This document shows, in pieces, positions 50,480 through 64,000 of a stretch of 64,000 bases of DNA. The position numbers and the translations under genes are program-made. The stretch lies in the NCBI RefSeq assembly GCF_000143415.4, contig NW_003314365.1, positions 545,496 through 609,495 on the forward strand, read 5' to 3'. How positions within the stretch are numbered: the stretch's first letter is position 1; each line of letters starts with the position of its first letter. The notes below the pieces were generated by a model. That model was not told the origin of the DNA and ran no database searches. It saw only the letters and a program-made list of their open reading frames with translations. The DNA comes from Selaginella moellendorffii (lineage: Eukaryota > Plantae > Lycopodiophyta).

Positions 50480-51389
50480 TATTTTTTATGTCTCCTGACC
50501 GGTCCATCTCTATGCAAAATGCAATATCATCTTCTTCAACTTCGCTCTGCCCCAGCTCGTAGGCGAAGCTGGAGAATGGCAAGTTTGCATGGGTGGTATT
50601 TGTGTGCACCACTTTCTTTGAATAGCATCAACTTTCCTGGTTGTTTGGACGTGTACTGGTTATATCTGCACAAGATCCAGTATGAAGGTATAAACGAAAG
50701 ACTCATCCTCAGCTGTTTGAATTCCTGGTAGATCTCCCTCTCTCGATCCAGAGCATCCCTGTTTCTCTTTGCTAAGAACTACTTTCAGAGTTTTCTGTTT
50801 CACCATTTCCCGTCCAACAGCAAGCTTTGATTTACACTCCCTCATCTGAATTTGACTCCACCTTGCACTCGTGATATGGTAGTGCTTCTTTATTGAGCTT
50901 TTGACTTGAGCTCCCTTTTGTTTTATTACGGATTAACTGCCGGTGCTCTTTCTTTTAGGTGATGTGAATTGCAATTGTAGTTTTGGCTACTCTTGATCAT
51001 TCACTCCATTTTTTTAAGGGCTCCTAGGCATGAGTGGAGCAGATAGAGTTTGACTGAACTTACGCAAGGTAATGCTTTTATGAGCTGTGTACAAGACGTC
51101 AAGGCGAGGTAGATAAGAGAATCTCTTGTACTGATATTTTCTCGACAGCGCATTTACTTTGGACTTCAATTTCCTCGAAACGAATAAACTGAACGAACTA
51201 AAAGGAACATATACATCTCACACGTGTTTTAAACAAACTATACTTAATATAGATTTGTTGTGCGGCAGCTATAGAGTGAAGAACCACCGTGCTTTTTTTC
51301 AAATAGTTTTGAATTCCAGCAACTGAATATTAAAAATAATAATAGATTTGACCTAAATAACCACCTTCTTTTCGGAGCACGCGGAGATG

Positions 51390-52954
51390 GTTCTCCCGAT
51401 TTATTTTGTGCTAGAATGCATCCGAGATCAGCTGCTTCGAATTGGAGCAAGGGGGTTTGCGGTTAGTAACATAAACAATTACAAGTCTTCATTTCTAGTT
51501 TCCAGGCGATCTCCAAAATAAAAAAGGAGATGGACCCCGCTGGCTGCATTCCCAAAACACGCTTCGACGATTTTATCAATCAAACGGGAGTTGATATCAA
51601 TGCTGGTGTATGGATTTTCGAAAACATCATTTGCCTCTTGAGTTTTGTTGTCTTATTTTTGCAGGAGCTAGCCATCGTCTTGAACGATTACGTTGAGGAT
51701 GGAAAATTTAAATTTAAGCTGTTTCTACTGAGCATGAGAGGCAAGGTAGGTGCTAAGAAATGAAAGCCTTCATAATAATTTACTTTCGTGTTTTTTAAGC
51801 TCAATGGCTTTCGCCAAAATCTAGTCAATCAAGCGTTCAAAAGAGTCGACCTGGTAATTCATCTTTTGAACTTTATGTTTTTAATTTACTAGGACTTTCC
51901 TTTGCTTTTCTAGGAAGGAAGAGGTCAGTGTAGCCTGTCGAAGCTGTGTGAAACTTATAACGCAAGATGTCAGTCGTCAGTAATGACTGAGAAGACTTCC
52001 CTAGACCAAGCCATTTGTAATTTTCTGACGCGGTCATTTGGCCTTCTTGACCCCGTCACATACTGTGACTTCAACGAGTATTACACCACCCTTGGATCTA
52101 CAATACCGTTTTGTAAAGATTTCGAGCTTGTAATGATGAAACACTGGCGGGTAAGATGTTCTTCCTTTGCAAAACATTTCCCCAAAGTTATTATCTGCAA
52201 GAGTTGTATAGGTGCAAGCAGATGGTTTCTGCGTTTGTGATGCTGAAAATAACGTCAAGTTTCAAGTATACACAAACAGGATCAGAGTCCGCGAGTTTAT
52301 GAAGGGCTACGACCCCTTGAGGCTCAGGCTAATTAATGATGCTCAGTTTGCAGCTGGCCTAGATAACGCAAAGATTAAAATTTGTAAACGAGGCTGCAAA
52401 GCACTTATGGACTGCTACAGGGTGCCGGAGGATCCTGAGCTGCGGGTCTGCTACACAGCTTTTTGTGACGAAGTTGAAAGATGTTTTACCTACAAAGAAC
52501 TTGAAAAGACTCCATGGCAGTCTGTAAGACATAGATCTTCTCTTCTTCTGAGTTTGTTAATACGTTCGTGCAACAGGTGCCTGTGGTTCCACCAATCCCA
52601 ACCTTAGCACCACAAAGATTTCTGATGGGAATCGTGTACTTAGGACCCGAAAAGGAGGAGAGGGTTCAGGACTTGCTTGCTGACCTCCGCAAAGAGTGTA
52701 AAGCAAAGCGGATATCCGTGAGAGGTTTCTTTGAAGACGCTGCAACGACAAAGAATGCAAGCAAGGCTGTGGGACATGTAACCAAGCACCAGTTCAGCCA
52801 AACATTGAGTAGCAAAGCTGGCCTCAAAGTCTCTCCACCTGAAATCAGCTTGTTGGTGGAGAAGTTTGATAACAACTTTTCTGGGATGGTGAATTACATT
52901 GCCTTTTCATCGGAGATCGATCCATTTGCGGATGTTCAGAATATTCATCAATGA
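51390..52954 (+). CDS. Calcyphosin-like / EF-hand repeat protein (probably flagellar), multi-exon
   Basis: IRDQLLRIGARGFA, RQNLVNQAFKRVD and VTYCDFNEYY..DFELVMMKHW resemble calcyphosin. RIRVREFMKGYDPLR and KFDNNFSGMVNYIAF are EF-hand-like. The 5' end is uncertain. Confidence 0.65.
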
Positions 52955-53401
52955 AACCCAAAACTGAGTCACACCTGTGTCCTATAAACATCGTAATATG
53001 GTGCATCTGGCCGAGGCAGGCGCATGCTGGCTGAAACAGCCCTTATTTTTCACAGTACAGTAATCCAAAGTTTTGCATTATATGTTCCTAGACATGAAAG
53101 TTCCTACTTATACTGCAGTCTAGTCTCTGCCAGAACAGACTTAACAACACACTGCCAAATTGCTTGTGTTTTTTTTCTAAAACGAATAGATTCTTTTTAT
53201 TAGGTGTATAAGACCCATGGATCAATGAAAAGATTTCAGTAGGGAAATATCACAGCTCATAAAGCTTCATTAAAAGCTCAAAAAGTAGAATGATGTAGTC
53301 GGAATTGATTGTACAAGAGTTGATTTATTCTTATACTTTACACTTCTTTCCAAAGACATGCATGGATACGTCTTGAAACAAATATATTTTGACATAGGAA
53401 A

Positions 53402-55080
53402 TGTTATGACCCAGCACTAAACAACAAAGATGAGGAGGCTTAGCCTTGCATATACCCTCCTCTTGAGGTTCTACACCACCCAACTACCCCTGAGCTACCC
53501 TAAAAGCTCCTCCATTGCCATGGTAAATGTTTAGGGTGGGTTAAGTTCTATTACCCTAAGTCCATGCTTTAATATACAACCTCAGACTATGTGGTCAAAA
53601 CTAGTGGCTATTCTCCCCTAATAATGTCCTTGTCCCAAGGTTAAGTTACATTAGTGTTCACCTTTCCTAAGGAACTCTGCTCAAGCTCCTAATCCCACAA
53701 CTATATATACCAAGGACTTTTCACTTTGACATAGTACACCTTTCAACTAGCTAGTATAAAATACTAGACCCAGCTGACAATTGCACCCAATAAGCCACTT
53801 TACCAATACATTTTAACACTTCATATGTATGGATCAATATATCTATGAGAAAGCTTGTTACTCTTCCCACTCTACAAAGGCACTAAAGTGCTCTACTGCC
53901 ACTTGACAAAAAGATAAGATGAGATCTCACACTTGATGGTCATTAGCAAAATTCTCTGCCTTAACTTAAGCCACCTATGAATTCCATTTGCACACCACTA
54001 GAATTTCATCAAGTTTTGTGGCAATATCAATCACTTCTAAATTAAGCTTATCTTTAACATCCTTGCTCAAATGCAATATCAACTCCGTGATGTTCTAAAA
54101 TGTTTACGAAACATGGAAAAGTAAGGACTTAAGTTGATTCCACTCTGCTAGCTATTCTTGTAGGCAAATTGCACCAAAAGAAGACATAAATCCCACTATC
54201 TTTGACTTTTGCCAATGCTATATAACATATCCTCAACCACTTGATTCACATGCTTGGTCTGCTTATTTGTTTGAGAATGATCTCCACTTAAGATATTTAA
54301 GTCACTTGTATAGCATGTAGAAAGCTCTTCCAAATCCACTAGTGAACTATGAGTCTTGATAGTTGATGATGTCCTTTGACAAACTCAAATTAAGAAAGAC
54401 CTTCTCTAAGTAAACCAGCATCAAGTCTAAGGCATTAATAGTGTTCTGAAGAGGTAAAAACCATCCATACATGCTTCTCCATTGATCCACTGNNNNNNNN
54501 NNNNNNNNNNNNNNNNNNNNNNNNNNNNNNNNNNNNNNNNNNNNNNNNNNNNNNNNNNNNNNNNNNNNNNNNNNNNNNNNNNNNNNNNNNNNAATATAGA
54601 TATTACACCAATGGCTCTAAGAAATGCAAAAGTCCACCCAACTTCTTGCATCTCTTTCTTAGAGCTCACATGAATTGCAATACTTAATGATATTAACCTT
54701 TATGTTCCTCTAATTAAAATTGTGTTTAATCAGCTCATACATTTTCTTTCTATTTCCCCACCAAGCTTTTGGATGATCATGATAGTGGAATAAAACTTGA
54801 TTAATCAACAAATCCACATATAAAAAATACATATAGTTATTATAGAAGAACATCCCATCCACCAATGGGAAAGGTGCTTTCCTTTTGGCTAGCAAAGAGA
54901 CCACCTCATCATGAAGCTAAGCATGCTCAACCAACTACCCAAATTTGCTAACCACCTTACTCAAATGATGAAAAATTGTGTCTATAGCTTTGTCACATGA
55001 TCAATACACAATAAAGCATCCACCTCCATATTCAATTTCCCTAAATGATGTTTGATAAGAAACTCGCCAAACATCATAAG
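53402..55080 (-). mobile_element. Older, decayed copy of Gypsy family A (integrase plus 3' LTR)
   Basis: 53402-~53610 is a diverged reverse complement of the A LTR. APFPLVDG..QVLFHYHDHP matches the A integrase. Confidence 0.85.
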
Positions 55081-55620
55081 TTTGATAATCTAGAAAGGTT
55101 TCTTTGTGTAGGGTTGTATTGTTAGCTTACATAGTTTTTCATGTTGATTACACCTTTGTTAATATTATCTGCTTATGTTTAGTGTGGTGTTGAATTGTAT
55201 TGACTTTTAGACATAGTGATTCATTCCTTAATGTTATGTTATCCATAACTGGGTATTGATAAAAGATTGGTCTTAGATACTAATATCTTTGACTTTGGTT
55301 AGTCCAATTAGTAGAGAGATTTGAGTGGTAGTTTACTTTTACTTTCTTTTAGCTTTATTTTAATGTTGATGGCATTGAAGTGATATTTTGACATTGATAT
55401 TATTGAAGTTGAGATTGGATTGAGATAATATGTTCTCTATAAGTATATTGTGGAAGTCAAAATTTTCATCTATGATGATTCAAATGGCTGGTGGTTAGTT
55501 GAGCCTATTAGAGATTGATATTTTATTTTATTAGATGATTTGCCTATACCTTTGTATTATTACCATTCATGTATTTTTTAGTTAGCAACTATGATAGCAT
55601 TCAAATGCGCTAAATGGCAA

Positions 55621-57053
55621 TGTAAGACCAAAATCCCTAAGTCCCAAAATCAAGCTAAATATGTGCTATATGGCAATTAGTGAAGTTGGAATCTTATAAG
55701 CATACATGTTTGGATAAAATGCTCTGAGTCAAAGAAGCACTGAAAAATGAGCATGAAGAGATCAATAAGTGAGTTTCTAGAAAGGGACAAAAGAATGATT
55801 AATATGTGGCAAATGTAATGATATATGGAAGTGTTGGGACCAAGTCCGAGACTAAGTTTGAGATTGAGTCTGAGATTATGTCTAAGATTGAGTTCAAAAT
55901 TGAGTCCAATATCAAGTCTGAAATGGAGTCTAAGACCAAGTCCAAGCCAGATCTAAGCTCGAGTATGAGATTGAGTCTAATATTGAGTTTGAGTTCAAGT
56001 CTAAGATTAAGTCTGAGTTTGAGTCCAAGTCTAAGACCGAGTCAAAGCCCAAAGTGATCATCTCCTAAACCCTATAGGGTTTGGTAAGTATTTGCAGGAT
56101 AGTAGGGAAGGACTTCAGAGGAACCAATGTAACCAGGCAAGGCTATACCCACATGATGAGTGATGATATGAATACTAGGGAGTCCAAGGTAGTGTGAATA
56201 TAGATGGACAAATGGGTTGACTTCGTGAAATGTTTAAGAGCCAGCTCTAGCTCCTTCAAGAAATCAAATGGTTGATGCTTCAATTCCAAATATAAATGGC
56301 ATTACTTTACATGAAGTGGAATTTAAAACCTCTATATGCCATGTGTCACATGCCACCTGCCATATGCCACATATTCAAGGATAATGTAGCAAAACCCAAG
56401 TTTCAAAGCCTTAGGCCACTAAATGAAGGAATGGAGCCAAACTCCAAAGCTTGCAACCAAAGAGCAAAGGAACTAGAGCATGAAGTAATTCCTGAGCAAT
56501 CAACCTAATGAGCAAAAGGATAAAAGCACAGAGTAATATTGGAACAATTCTAGAGTTTCCAACATCCTAATGCAAGGACTAGCATGCAAAATAGAGCTAA
56601 ATGGAGTTTAGTGCTATTTTAACATACTGGTGGCCTAACACAAGGATATGAGTACTGCACTAGATAGTATGGAATGGAGCTTGGGTTTAAACCCAAGCCA
56701 AATGTAGAACAAAGATAGGTATGCAAACAGGAGCTAAACTATACCTCAGGTTAATTGGTTATACCCAACCTACTTACTATCTTGTAACTAATCAAAGAGA
56801 ATGACTCGAGAGATAATCCATAAAGGTTTAAATATAAAGGGAAAAGGCCTATAAATAAAAAAGAGTGCACACCTTTTTCTAATTGGTTAAGGTATTTGGG
56901 GTTAAACGTCCTTGGTGCTGTGCAAGGTGACCTCTCAGGAAGTCTAAATTGAGGAGTCTATAATTTAGTATCAAAGCCTTTTTCTTAGTTCTAGTGAAGG
57001 ATAGAGGCAGATTGCTAGGAAATGGCTAAGACAAGGTGTAAGGGAACTAAGGC
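55621..57053 (+). mobile_element. LTR of the B/C group with PBS-like site and first gag codons of family C
   Basis: Starts TGTAAGACCAAAATCCCTAAG, like the B LTR start. TAGTATCAAAGCC..GAAGGATAGAGGCAGATTGCT..ATGGCTAAG matches 28560-28650. Confidence 0.7.
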
Positions 57054-57542
57054 AATGATTTGATAACATCACTTGATATCAAATCAAAATCTGGATTTGA
57101 TCATTTGTAATCTGGATCTATAATACAGCACACTTAGGGATGGACGGTTTCCTGTGAAAGTCTGCAAGAACAAGGTAACTGTAGAGTTGCAAGGAAAGAA
57201 CCTTCAGGAACTTACTCTATGAGGAATCAAATAATCCAGAACACCTTCTGCTTGAGGTTCCTCAGGGATATGAAGAAAGAAACATTTAGACCATGAAAGA
57301 ACACGAGAGATTCCTTACTGACCGTGCCATAAGCAAATACGTCTGCTTGGGCATATAAACTCGTCATTTGTTATGAAAATTTACTGACAATCTCATCTGA
57401 ATGAACTGTCAGCCTGTGGTAACGAGAGTAATAACAATTGTCTTACTTCTCAAAATCACTGATTGCTGTCTTTTGATAATTCCAATGAAGTCGCACGGAA
57501 CAACTTGATGTTTGTTACTATCTGAAAGTACTGAGCTCTCCT

Positions 57543-57870
57543 TCACCAACGCGCAAAAATGCAGAAAAGCGAAAGTGTTGAGGCTGATATTGTCATTAAA
57601 CTTGTTTTTTTATGAACACAAGAATGCCATTCACTGTCTGTGAATATTGTGTTCTCGGTTTCAGTAATGTGTTGAAAGTAATTTCTGGCAACTTTCTCCA
57701 CCGGTTCAAATGCAAGATGGATAATGCCGCTATCTCTATCTGTTGCAGCAGTAATAAAGATCTGTAATTGATAAAGCATTGATACCTTGTCCAAAATTAC
57801 TCAAAACTTTGTTACCATAACCGTAATTTTCCAGCCAGATTTTACGTTGCCAACTTGGATCCTGCCTCTG
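57543..57870 (-). pseudogene. Fragment of a BIG-type Sec7 ARF-GEF
   Basis: GNVKSGWK and TAATDRDSGIIHLAFEPVEKVARNYFQHITETENTIFTD match the plant BIG HDS region. Isolated fragment with a stop. Confidence 0.75.
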
Positions 57871-58799
57871 TTGAGACCTGTGGTACTCAAGAGGGAACTT
57901 GGCAACCTCTTCAGGAATTTTCTCCACTTCTTGGCTTTTACATACATCCCTAGTGTATAAGGTGGAAAAGTTACAGAAGAAATTCGCAGCACTGGCGCTC
58001 TCTTACAATGAAGCAGGGAAAGAGATTACCTGAAGCTCAAGGTTGTGAACAAGTCTTTGACTGCACTTTCAGTTGATGCTTGATCTGTTTCTGATTCTAA
58101 TGGTTCAGTGGTCTCATCACCGACTTCTAGCAATATCTCCTGCCATGGATATGCTTAGATTGTCCGGTTCATGAAGTGGGAATGTCTACTTCAATGCCAC
58201 AATTGCTCGCAAAGACATTTCTAGCAATGAAACTGTAACTTCGATATTATGTCCAGCAGAAATAAGTTTCTTGCCAATAAGGTCCTGTCCGCAGAAAAAT
58301 CCAGATTTTTTAAAAAAGAAAACCGATGAATGACATGATCACCTGCATCGCATTGAAGGCACGTTTTAAATATTTCAACGTCCAGGCAAGTATCAATAAT
58401 CCCCATAGTGGAAGCTAGCAAGGAAAGAAAACCACAGTTTGTCTGACCTGATAAAAAAATTGGGCCAGCGCTAAACCTCCCAGACGACCTTTGCCAGTCC
58501 CAACAGTAATGTGCAAAAGAACAACTTCCTCTCCAATCTGGAAGAAGCAAGTAATCAGATTTGAATGAAAGGATATGAATTTCAGTACCTTCAAATCAGG
58601 GGTGATGATGAGTGTAATGTCTGAACAAGTCACATACGACTAATGACGAGATTCCCAGGTGCCTTGACAGTTTCACCACCTGCTTGAGCAGCCATTGACA
58701 AGCTGTCCTTTTCCACCTTCTATTGCAACCTCAAGCTCGATCATAGTGTCAAGAAGAGCAACAGCAGGATTGTACATCATCATCATCAAATCAAACTCT

Positions 58800-59933
58800 T
58801 TATTTAAAGTTGCTATTTTGGCATCGGCGTCACATATTCCATTTTTAGAATATCCATTTTTACTTATGGTGGATGCTCCCAATCGGACGGACTAAATCTG
58901 TGATGCTCCAAAAGAACGGTGAAGATTGTTACATGGTGGCAAAAACGGTGGTGCCTCTTGAATTCTAGATTCATAGCTTTGGAAATTTTAGGTTTATGAA
59001 GGAAACTAAATTTATCGAGCAAGATCCTGCAGTTCTTTCCAGATCTTGTGTAATGAAATTTGAAGCCAGATACGGTGAATTTGTAATCAATTTTCTTCTT
59101 CCTTTTTAAAACTAATGCAATGTCGTTCTGTTGCAGTTTTCTATCGTTAAAGAATTGAAAGGCAGAGAATATATGAGTGCTGTATTCTTGCAGTGGTCTG
59201 TGTGGAGTACAATCCTAAGATTTTGTGATTTAGAGCTGTTTTACAGTTTTGGAGCCGATCAAAATAACCAGTGTTTGTTTAATGAGAACTGACACATTCT
59301 CAAACGGAGATTGTAAGGTGTTGCCGCGTTCCTGGATGGGAACTCTTCTGTTGTAACGTCCAGTTGGGACTTGGTAATTCTTTCCTCTCCATCTTAGAAT
59401 TTGATCCAGTGTTTCTAAAAAGATGCTAAACTTACCATGACGGTTGAATCTCTGGCAGCTATGGCTAGAGTGTGAGCGCAGGGATAGCTCTTGGTGGACN
59501 NNNNNNNNNNNNNNNNNNNNNNNNNNNNNNNNNNNNNNNNNNNNNNNNNNNNNNNNNNNNNNNNNNNNNNNNNNNNNNNNNNNNNNNNNNNNNNNNNNNA
59601 CTTTACTTCCATCGGTGGGAGTTGAGTCAAGAAGAACCGATCCATCACAGCCCTGAAGAACAGCAAAGTTAGCAGACCAGAATTTAAATCTTGCAAAGCT
59701 CTCCTGTCAACGAAACAGTTGTGGAAGTGCAAGTGAAGAACTCCTGCTGGTATCGTCCTCTCCCAATCGTTGTGCTTGCTAAGGGTGTCCCTGATGATCC
59801 TCTCGGCTTAAGTACAGGATCTCGAGTAACTGTGGTAGCCATTCTTGTGTACTCCACTCTCATCATGAGCCAAAACGCCCAAGCTCAGAGACAGCAGAAG
59901 CAAAACCAAAATGTTCCCTCTCCAACTTCCCAT
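58800..59933 (-). pseudogene. Class III secretory peroxidase pseudogene
   Basis: Signal-peptide-like start, LHFHNCFVD|GCDGSVLLDST, CAHTLAIAARDS, YQVPTGRY and a terminal RRCQNSN. In-frame stop at 59808; spans an N gap. Confidence 0.85.
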
Positions 59934-60846
59934 CCTCAGGTATTGCAGCTTGGCATGTCTTCTTCCTCCTCGAATTTTCTTGGCAGTGATCGATGATCCG
60001 AAGATGAGCATCGTTCTGTGATGAAATGGGCCACTGATACAAGGCTCTTATAATCCAAGCTAAGTCGTCATAAACCGTGTCTGCTGCCTCTGATAAGTGT
60101 TTCCATCCTTAAGAAATCCTTTGACACGGTCCAAATACAGGGAAGCTAGCGCTCATTATTTGACGAAGTTCAACCTCTGTACAAGAAATAGGAAAATTCA
60201 ACCAACTAAAGAAAGGTTCTGAAAGGACATATGTCTGTAGGCTGCGTTTTCTATTCCATTTCCAAGCTTTCACTTTGTTGTGTTTGTTAAGCTTTTTCTT
60301 TTTCTTCTTCTTCACGATGTTCTTGCCCTTCTTTTTCTTCTTGTTTTTCTTCTTTTGGTCTATGATGCTCAATGGTCAATGCTAAATGTATAATGGGTAA
60401 CGAGATATGAGTCCGATAAGCTTGCCAATTTGAAATCTTCATTGTTGTCCATTACTTCGTTGCTGGCTACAGGTTAGTATTTATAATTTGTGATATTATT
60501 ACTTTATCTGGTGTTTGTAGGAGGACTGCCTTGGATCCCAACAACACAGTTTCTTGCTACAACAGAGGCCATGAATTTTCGAATCTGTAAGAATTTAAAA
60601 AATNNNNNNNNNNNNNNNNNNNNNNNNNNNNNNNNNNNNNNNNNNNNNNNNNNNNNNNNNNNNNNNNNNNNNNNNNNNNNNNNNNNNNNNNNNNNNNNNN
60701 NNNAAAAGAAAAAAGTACTATACTGAACTGTACCTTGATCTTAGTGAATCAAAATAGCTTTTTTCCTTGCTATGGAATATGTCCAGGTGTGGGCACTTGT
60801 TTTTGTTCTCTACCTACCTGCTTTATTCCTATTGTGTAGTACTATT

Positions 60847-60945
60847 ATAGCAAAGACCCCAGCTCCGCTGGGAGATATAACATACTCAAGATAAATAAAT
60901 CTTATTTTCTAATTTTACAAAGTTAGACATTTTGATTGTTTACAA
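60847..60945 (-). mobile_element. Helitron 3' terminus (third copy)
   Basis: Reverse complement of ~50380-50479 with a perfect CCCAGC-GGA-GCTGGG hairpin; ends CTAT rather than CTAG. Confidence 0.7.
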
Positions 60946-61539
60946 GGTTAAAAAAAAATTTGTGTGTGTGTGTAATGAGGGAGGTCTTCCCTGCAGGGCG
61001 CTGTGGAACCACCAGGACCTAATGGGTGGAGGCACTCCTCTCTGGGGGGGATGCCTACGCACATTATCACACTGCTGCCACCCACACAAAGAATGGGTAT
61101 TCAACTGTACCTTCACACGCTACTTTTGAAAATTGCAAGCCTTTTTGGTGCAGTGAGGGAAGAGTAAAATGTTCTAGATGAGAAAAAAAAAAAAAAAAAA
61201 ACAAAAGAGTGGAGTGGCGATCCACTGTAAATTCTCTCTCTCTCTCTCACACACACACCTGATTTTTATATCTGATATCAGTAGCACTAAAGAGGAGGAA
61301 AATTCTCTACTGAGACAGAGAGAATAACTACCACATATTTACATGATTCAGAGTCTGCCAAGCATGGAATTTAAGCCAGCCTTTGTGAAAGTTAACAGTG
61401 AATGATATGGTGTAAGCTTTGCATTGCTTACTTGTTGCTTATTGCTTAGCAGGATTACTGGAGGAGAAGAGATGACTTGCGACAGGCCACCTATAGTCTC
61501 CATGGTTTATGTCGAGTACATAGCTTGATTATGCAACGT

Positions 61540-62680
61540 GACTGTTGATATAATATGCTTCTTTCAGTCTGCTGCAACGTAAATGGTATTAAGCATTTTT
61601 ATAAGGTTTTGAAGTACTTGTTTTGACATGACATGGGATGCCAGGTGTAGGGGTTTTGGAGCTTTTTAGGCGCTGAAACAAGCTGGTTGTAAGCCAGATT
61701 GCATGATTTGTACTACACTAATCTCAACGTTGTTCAATAGCTCTTAAGATGGATCTTATCTTTCAAGCAAGAAATTTTGGTCCTGTCCTTCGTTGGAGTA
61801 ACTCAGTTATAGCGCAGGTTTTCCGTGAAATGGAAAGTGTTTGTGTTGGAGCCAGCTTTCTTACATATGGAGCAATCATCGATGGCTGCACCCAAACTGG
61901 CGAACTCGCTATTGCTTTTGGAATTTACAGGATCATGCTCTCAAAGGTTTATGCCATTTGATTCAACAATTAGCAGCAACTTTATGTAATCCATTGTCAG
62001 ACAGAAAATAAAATCCGATTGAGTCATTTTCAAGTAGCTAATCAAAGCTTCGGTCAGGAGCAGTGAAAAGAGCATTAGAGGTCTTCACAGAGTTGAAGTC
62101 TGAAAGTCCTATAGATCCAAATCACGCCATAATGTGTTTTCTCATGGACGCATGCTCAAAAGCAGGAGATGTAAGTGGTTTTTATGATTTCTGTGGCTTT
62201 GTTGTGACAGCCAAATTTTTCAGGGAAACTCCGTAGTTTACACCATGATGCACAAGTGTGGAATCCAAGGATCCCTAGAGCCTTATACAGCAGCTGTTCA
62301 TGCATGCAGCAATCATTTTCCATCTACAATGACATGAAGGAAGAACATGTGAAACCAGATGAGGTAATGATTTGTGATCTAATTTCATTTTGTGTGTTTA
62401 CTTGATTTTCATTGTGCAGATTTTCTTTAGTGTTTTGATTGATGTTGCTGGCCATGGTGGTAAATTTGACTGCACTTTTGTATTACAAGAAGTTGAAAAG
62501 TACTCTCTTATTCTTGGTGATGTGATATTCAGCTCCCTAACAGGAGTTTCTAGCACGTGAGTCACTACAATGTTACTGCTTTGAACTTGATGAAATATTT
62601 CATGGCCAGACAGGGATATTTCTTTACGAAAATATACAGGTGGTGGAATACAACCCAGCGTTCCCACTTTGTGTGTACTT
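61540..62680 (+). pseudogene. MRL1: PPR protein MRL1-like pseudogene fragment retaining introns
   Basis: TYGAIIDGCTQTGELAIAFGIYRIMLSK, PIDPNH..LMDACSKAG, YTAAVHACS and DMKEEHVKPDE|IFFSVLIDVAGH follow the MRL1 motif order. Stops and deletions are present. Confidence 0.8.
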
Positions 62681-64000
62681 TTCAAATCATAAAGTATTTG
62701 AATTCAGGCTTTTACAGCTAACAAGAGCAAAGAGAAGCAGCAGGATCCTAAGCAATGAGCAGGAAAATCTATGTGTTTGGTAATGGGTCTGTATGGAGGC
62801 CTTTTAGAACATGCCTCAGCATAACCAATTGTTGTTGAGCCCGAGAAGCTAGATCACTTGGAAGAATGTCGAGTTCTCTTCAATTCCATGCCAGGGCATG
62901 ACTGTTGTCTGAATAATCACCATTTAAAACTGAATATTTATTAAGTAAATACTCTGAAAAGCCTAGATGGTACCAGAACCTCCAAAATGGTTGATGATTG
63001 AGGACTTGTGATTCCATTAATCATGTTAAGCTTTCTTGATGAGTACATTGCTAAGGTTTTAGAATAAAATAGAAAGAGGGAGTAATGTATGTTAATCATC
63101 ATTTTATAGTCATTTCACTTGAATATTCACAATAATAAAAATATATGGAAAGTTGGTGCAACATTAGTTTATAGACAATTTATAGCAATTATAGTTCATA
63201 ATTAAAATCGAAGTTCACCAAAATTTAAAAGATATGATAAAAAGCATAAATTTTTAATCTAGAGAAAACGAAAATTTCATAAAAACATGAGAATACAAAT
63301 ATATTGATATAAATTATAATTATAATATTATTGTAGCATTATAGCAGAATTCTAGCATTATAGGATAAATTAAAATATAATACATAATACTAAAATGAAA
63401 TAGTTATATTAAATTACATTAAAAATGCTAAGGAATTTCCTAATAAACTTAAATATTAAAGATAACTCTAAATTAAATAAAAATGTTGCTATGAGTTCAA
63501 AGTGTATTTTCAAATTAGCATTTTCTACAACATTCATCTTACAACTAATATCAATCCCAGCTAAAATATATTGCTTTTATATAATGTTTTTTAAAATAGT
63601 TTTAATATTTTATATTTATGTAGATAGTGGAAAAAGTGTTTGAGAAAAGTGCAGTAATGGTATGAAGATTTCATATAATCTGATGAATAGAATCTGAATT
63701 AACAATTAAAAATAATAATTTCACTAAATAAATTGTAAATGTTTTAAAGTAGAATTATATAAATTCTTATTATGTTTTGTTGGATGTGTCGATAAGCTTC
63801 AATTTTTTATAATTACATCATATGTGCAGACATTCACCAATGTATTGATATTTTGACTTCAAGATGAGATGATAAAATAAATCGAACCATGTATATTACT
63901 CTTTTAGTAAAGAAGCTAAAAATCATTCACTTATTATGTCAACATATATAACCAACTGTACAATAATCAGAAAGTACTTCTCAGTGGTCTTTCTGAATAG

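Noticed and set aside
50480-50900. Short minus-strand exon-like ORFs next to the Helitron end
   Set aside because: No recognisable motif, so a call cannot be supported.

Overview
Eukaryotic land-plant DNA with several N gaps. Ciliary and centriole genes occur together with a class III peroxidase, a PPR MRL1 remnant, TTTAGGG repeats and ~50-nt introns, which suggests a flagellated-sperm plant with a compact gene structure such as Selaginella (inference). 1-8 kb holds three tandem ciliary/centriolar genes (SHIPPO-repeat, coiled-coil, CEP162-like). 8-57 kb is a nest of transposable elements: Helitron ends and fragments, several Ty3/Gypsy elements, a tandem TRIM array and a non-coding LTR element, with one EF-hand gene at 51-53 kb. 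57-63 kb is a run of unrelated pseudogene fragments. The most unusual region is ~33.4-43.8 kb. It carries a Sola/DUF7869-like DDE transposase transcribed divergently from one long spliced gene that appears to fuse a ParB/Srx-like domain, a degenerate beta-class amino-methyltransferase fold and an FCP1/NIF-type HAD phosphatase. About 17 copies of a 22-bp palindrome (ATGGCRTGWGGCCTCAYGCCAT) are spread across this unit, in its flanks, intergenic spacer, introns and coding sequence. Immediately upstream is a Gypsy integrase interrupted by intron-like GT-AG inserts. All domain calls are motif recognition by eye, not database results.
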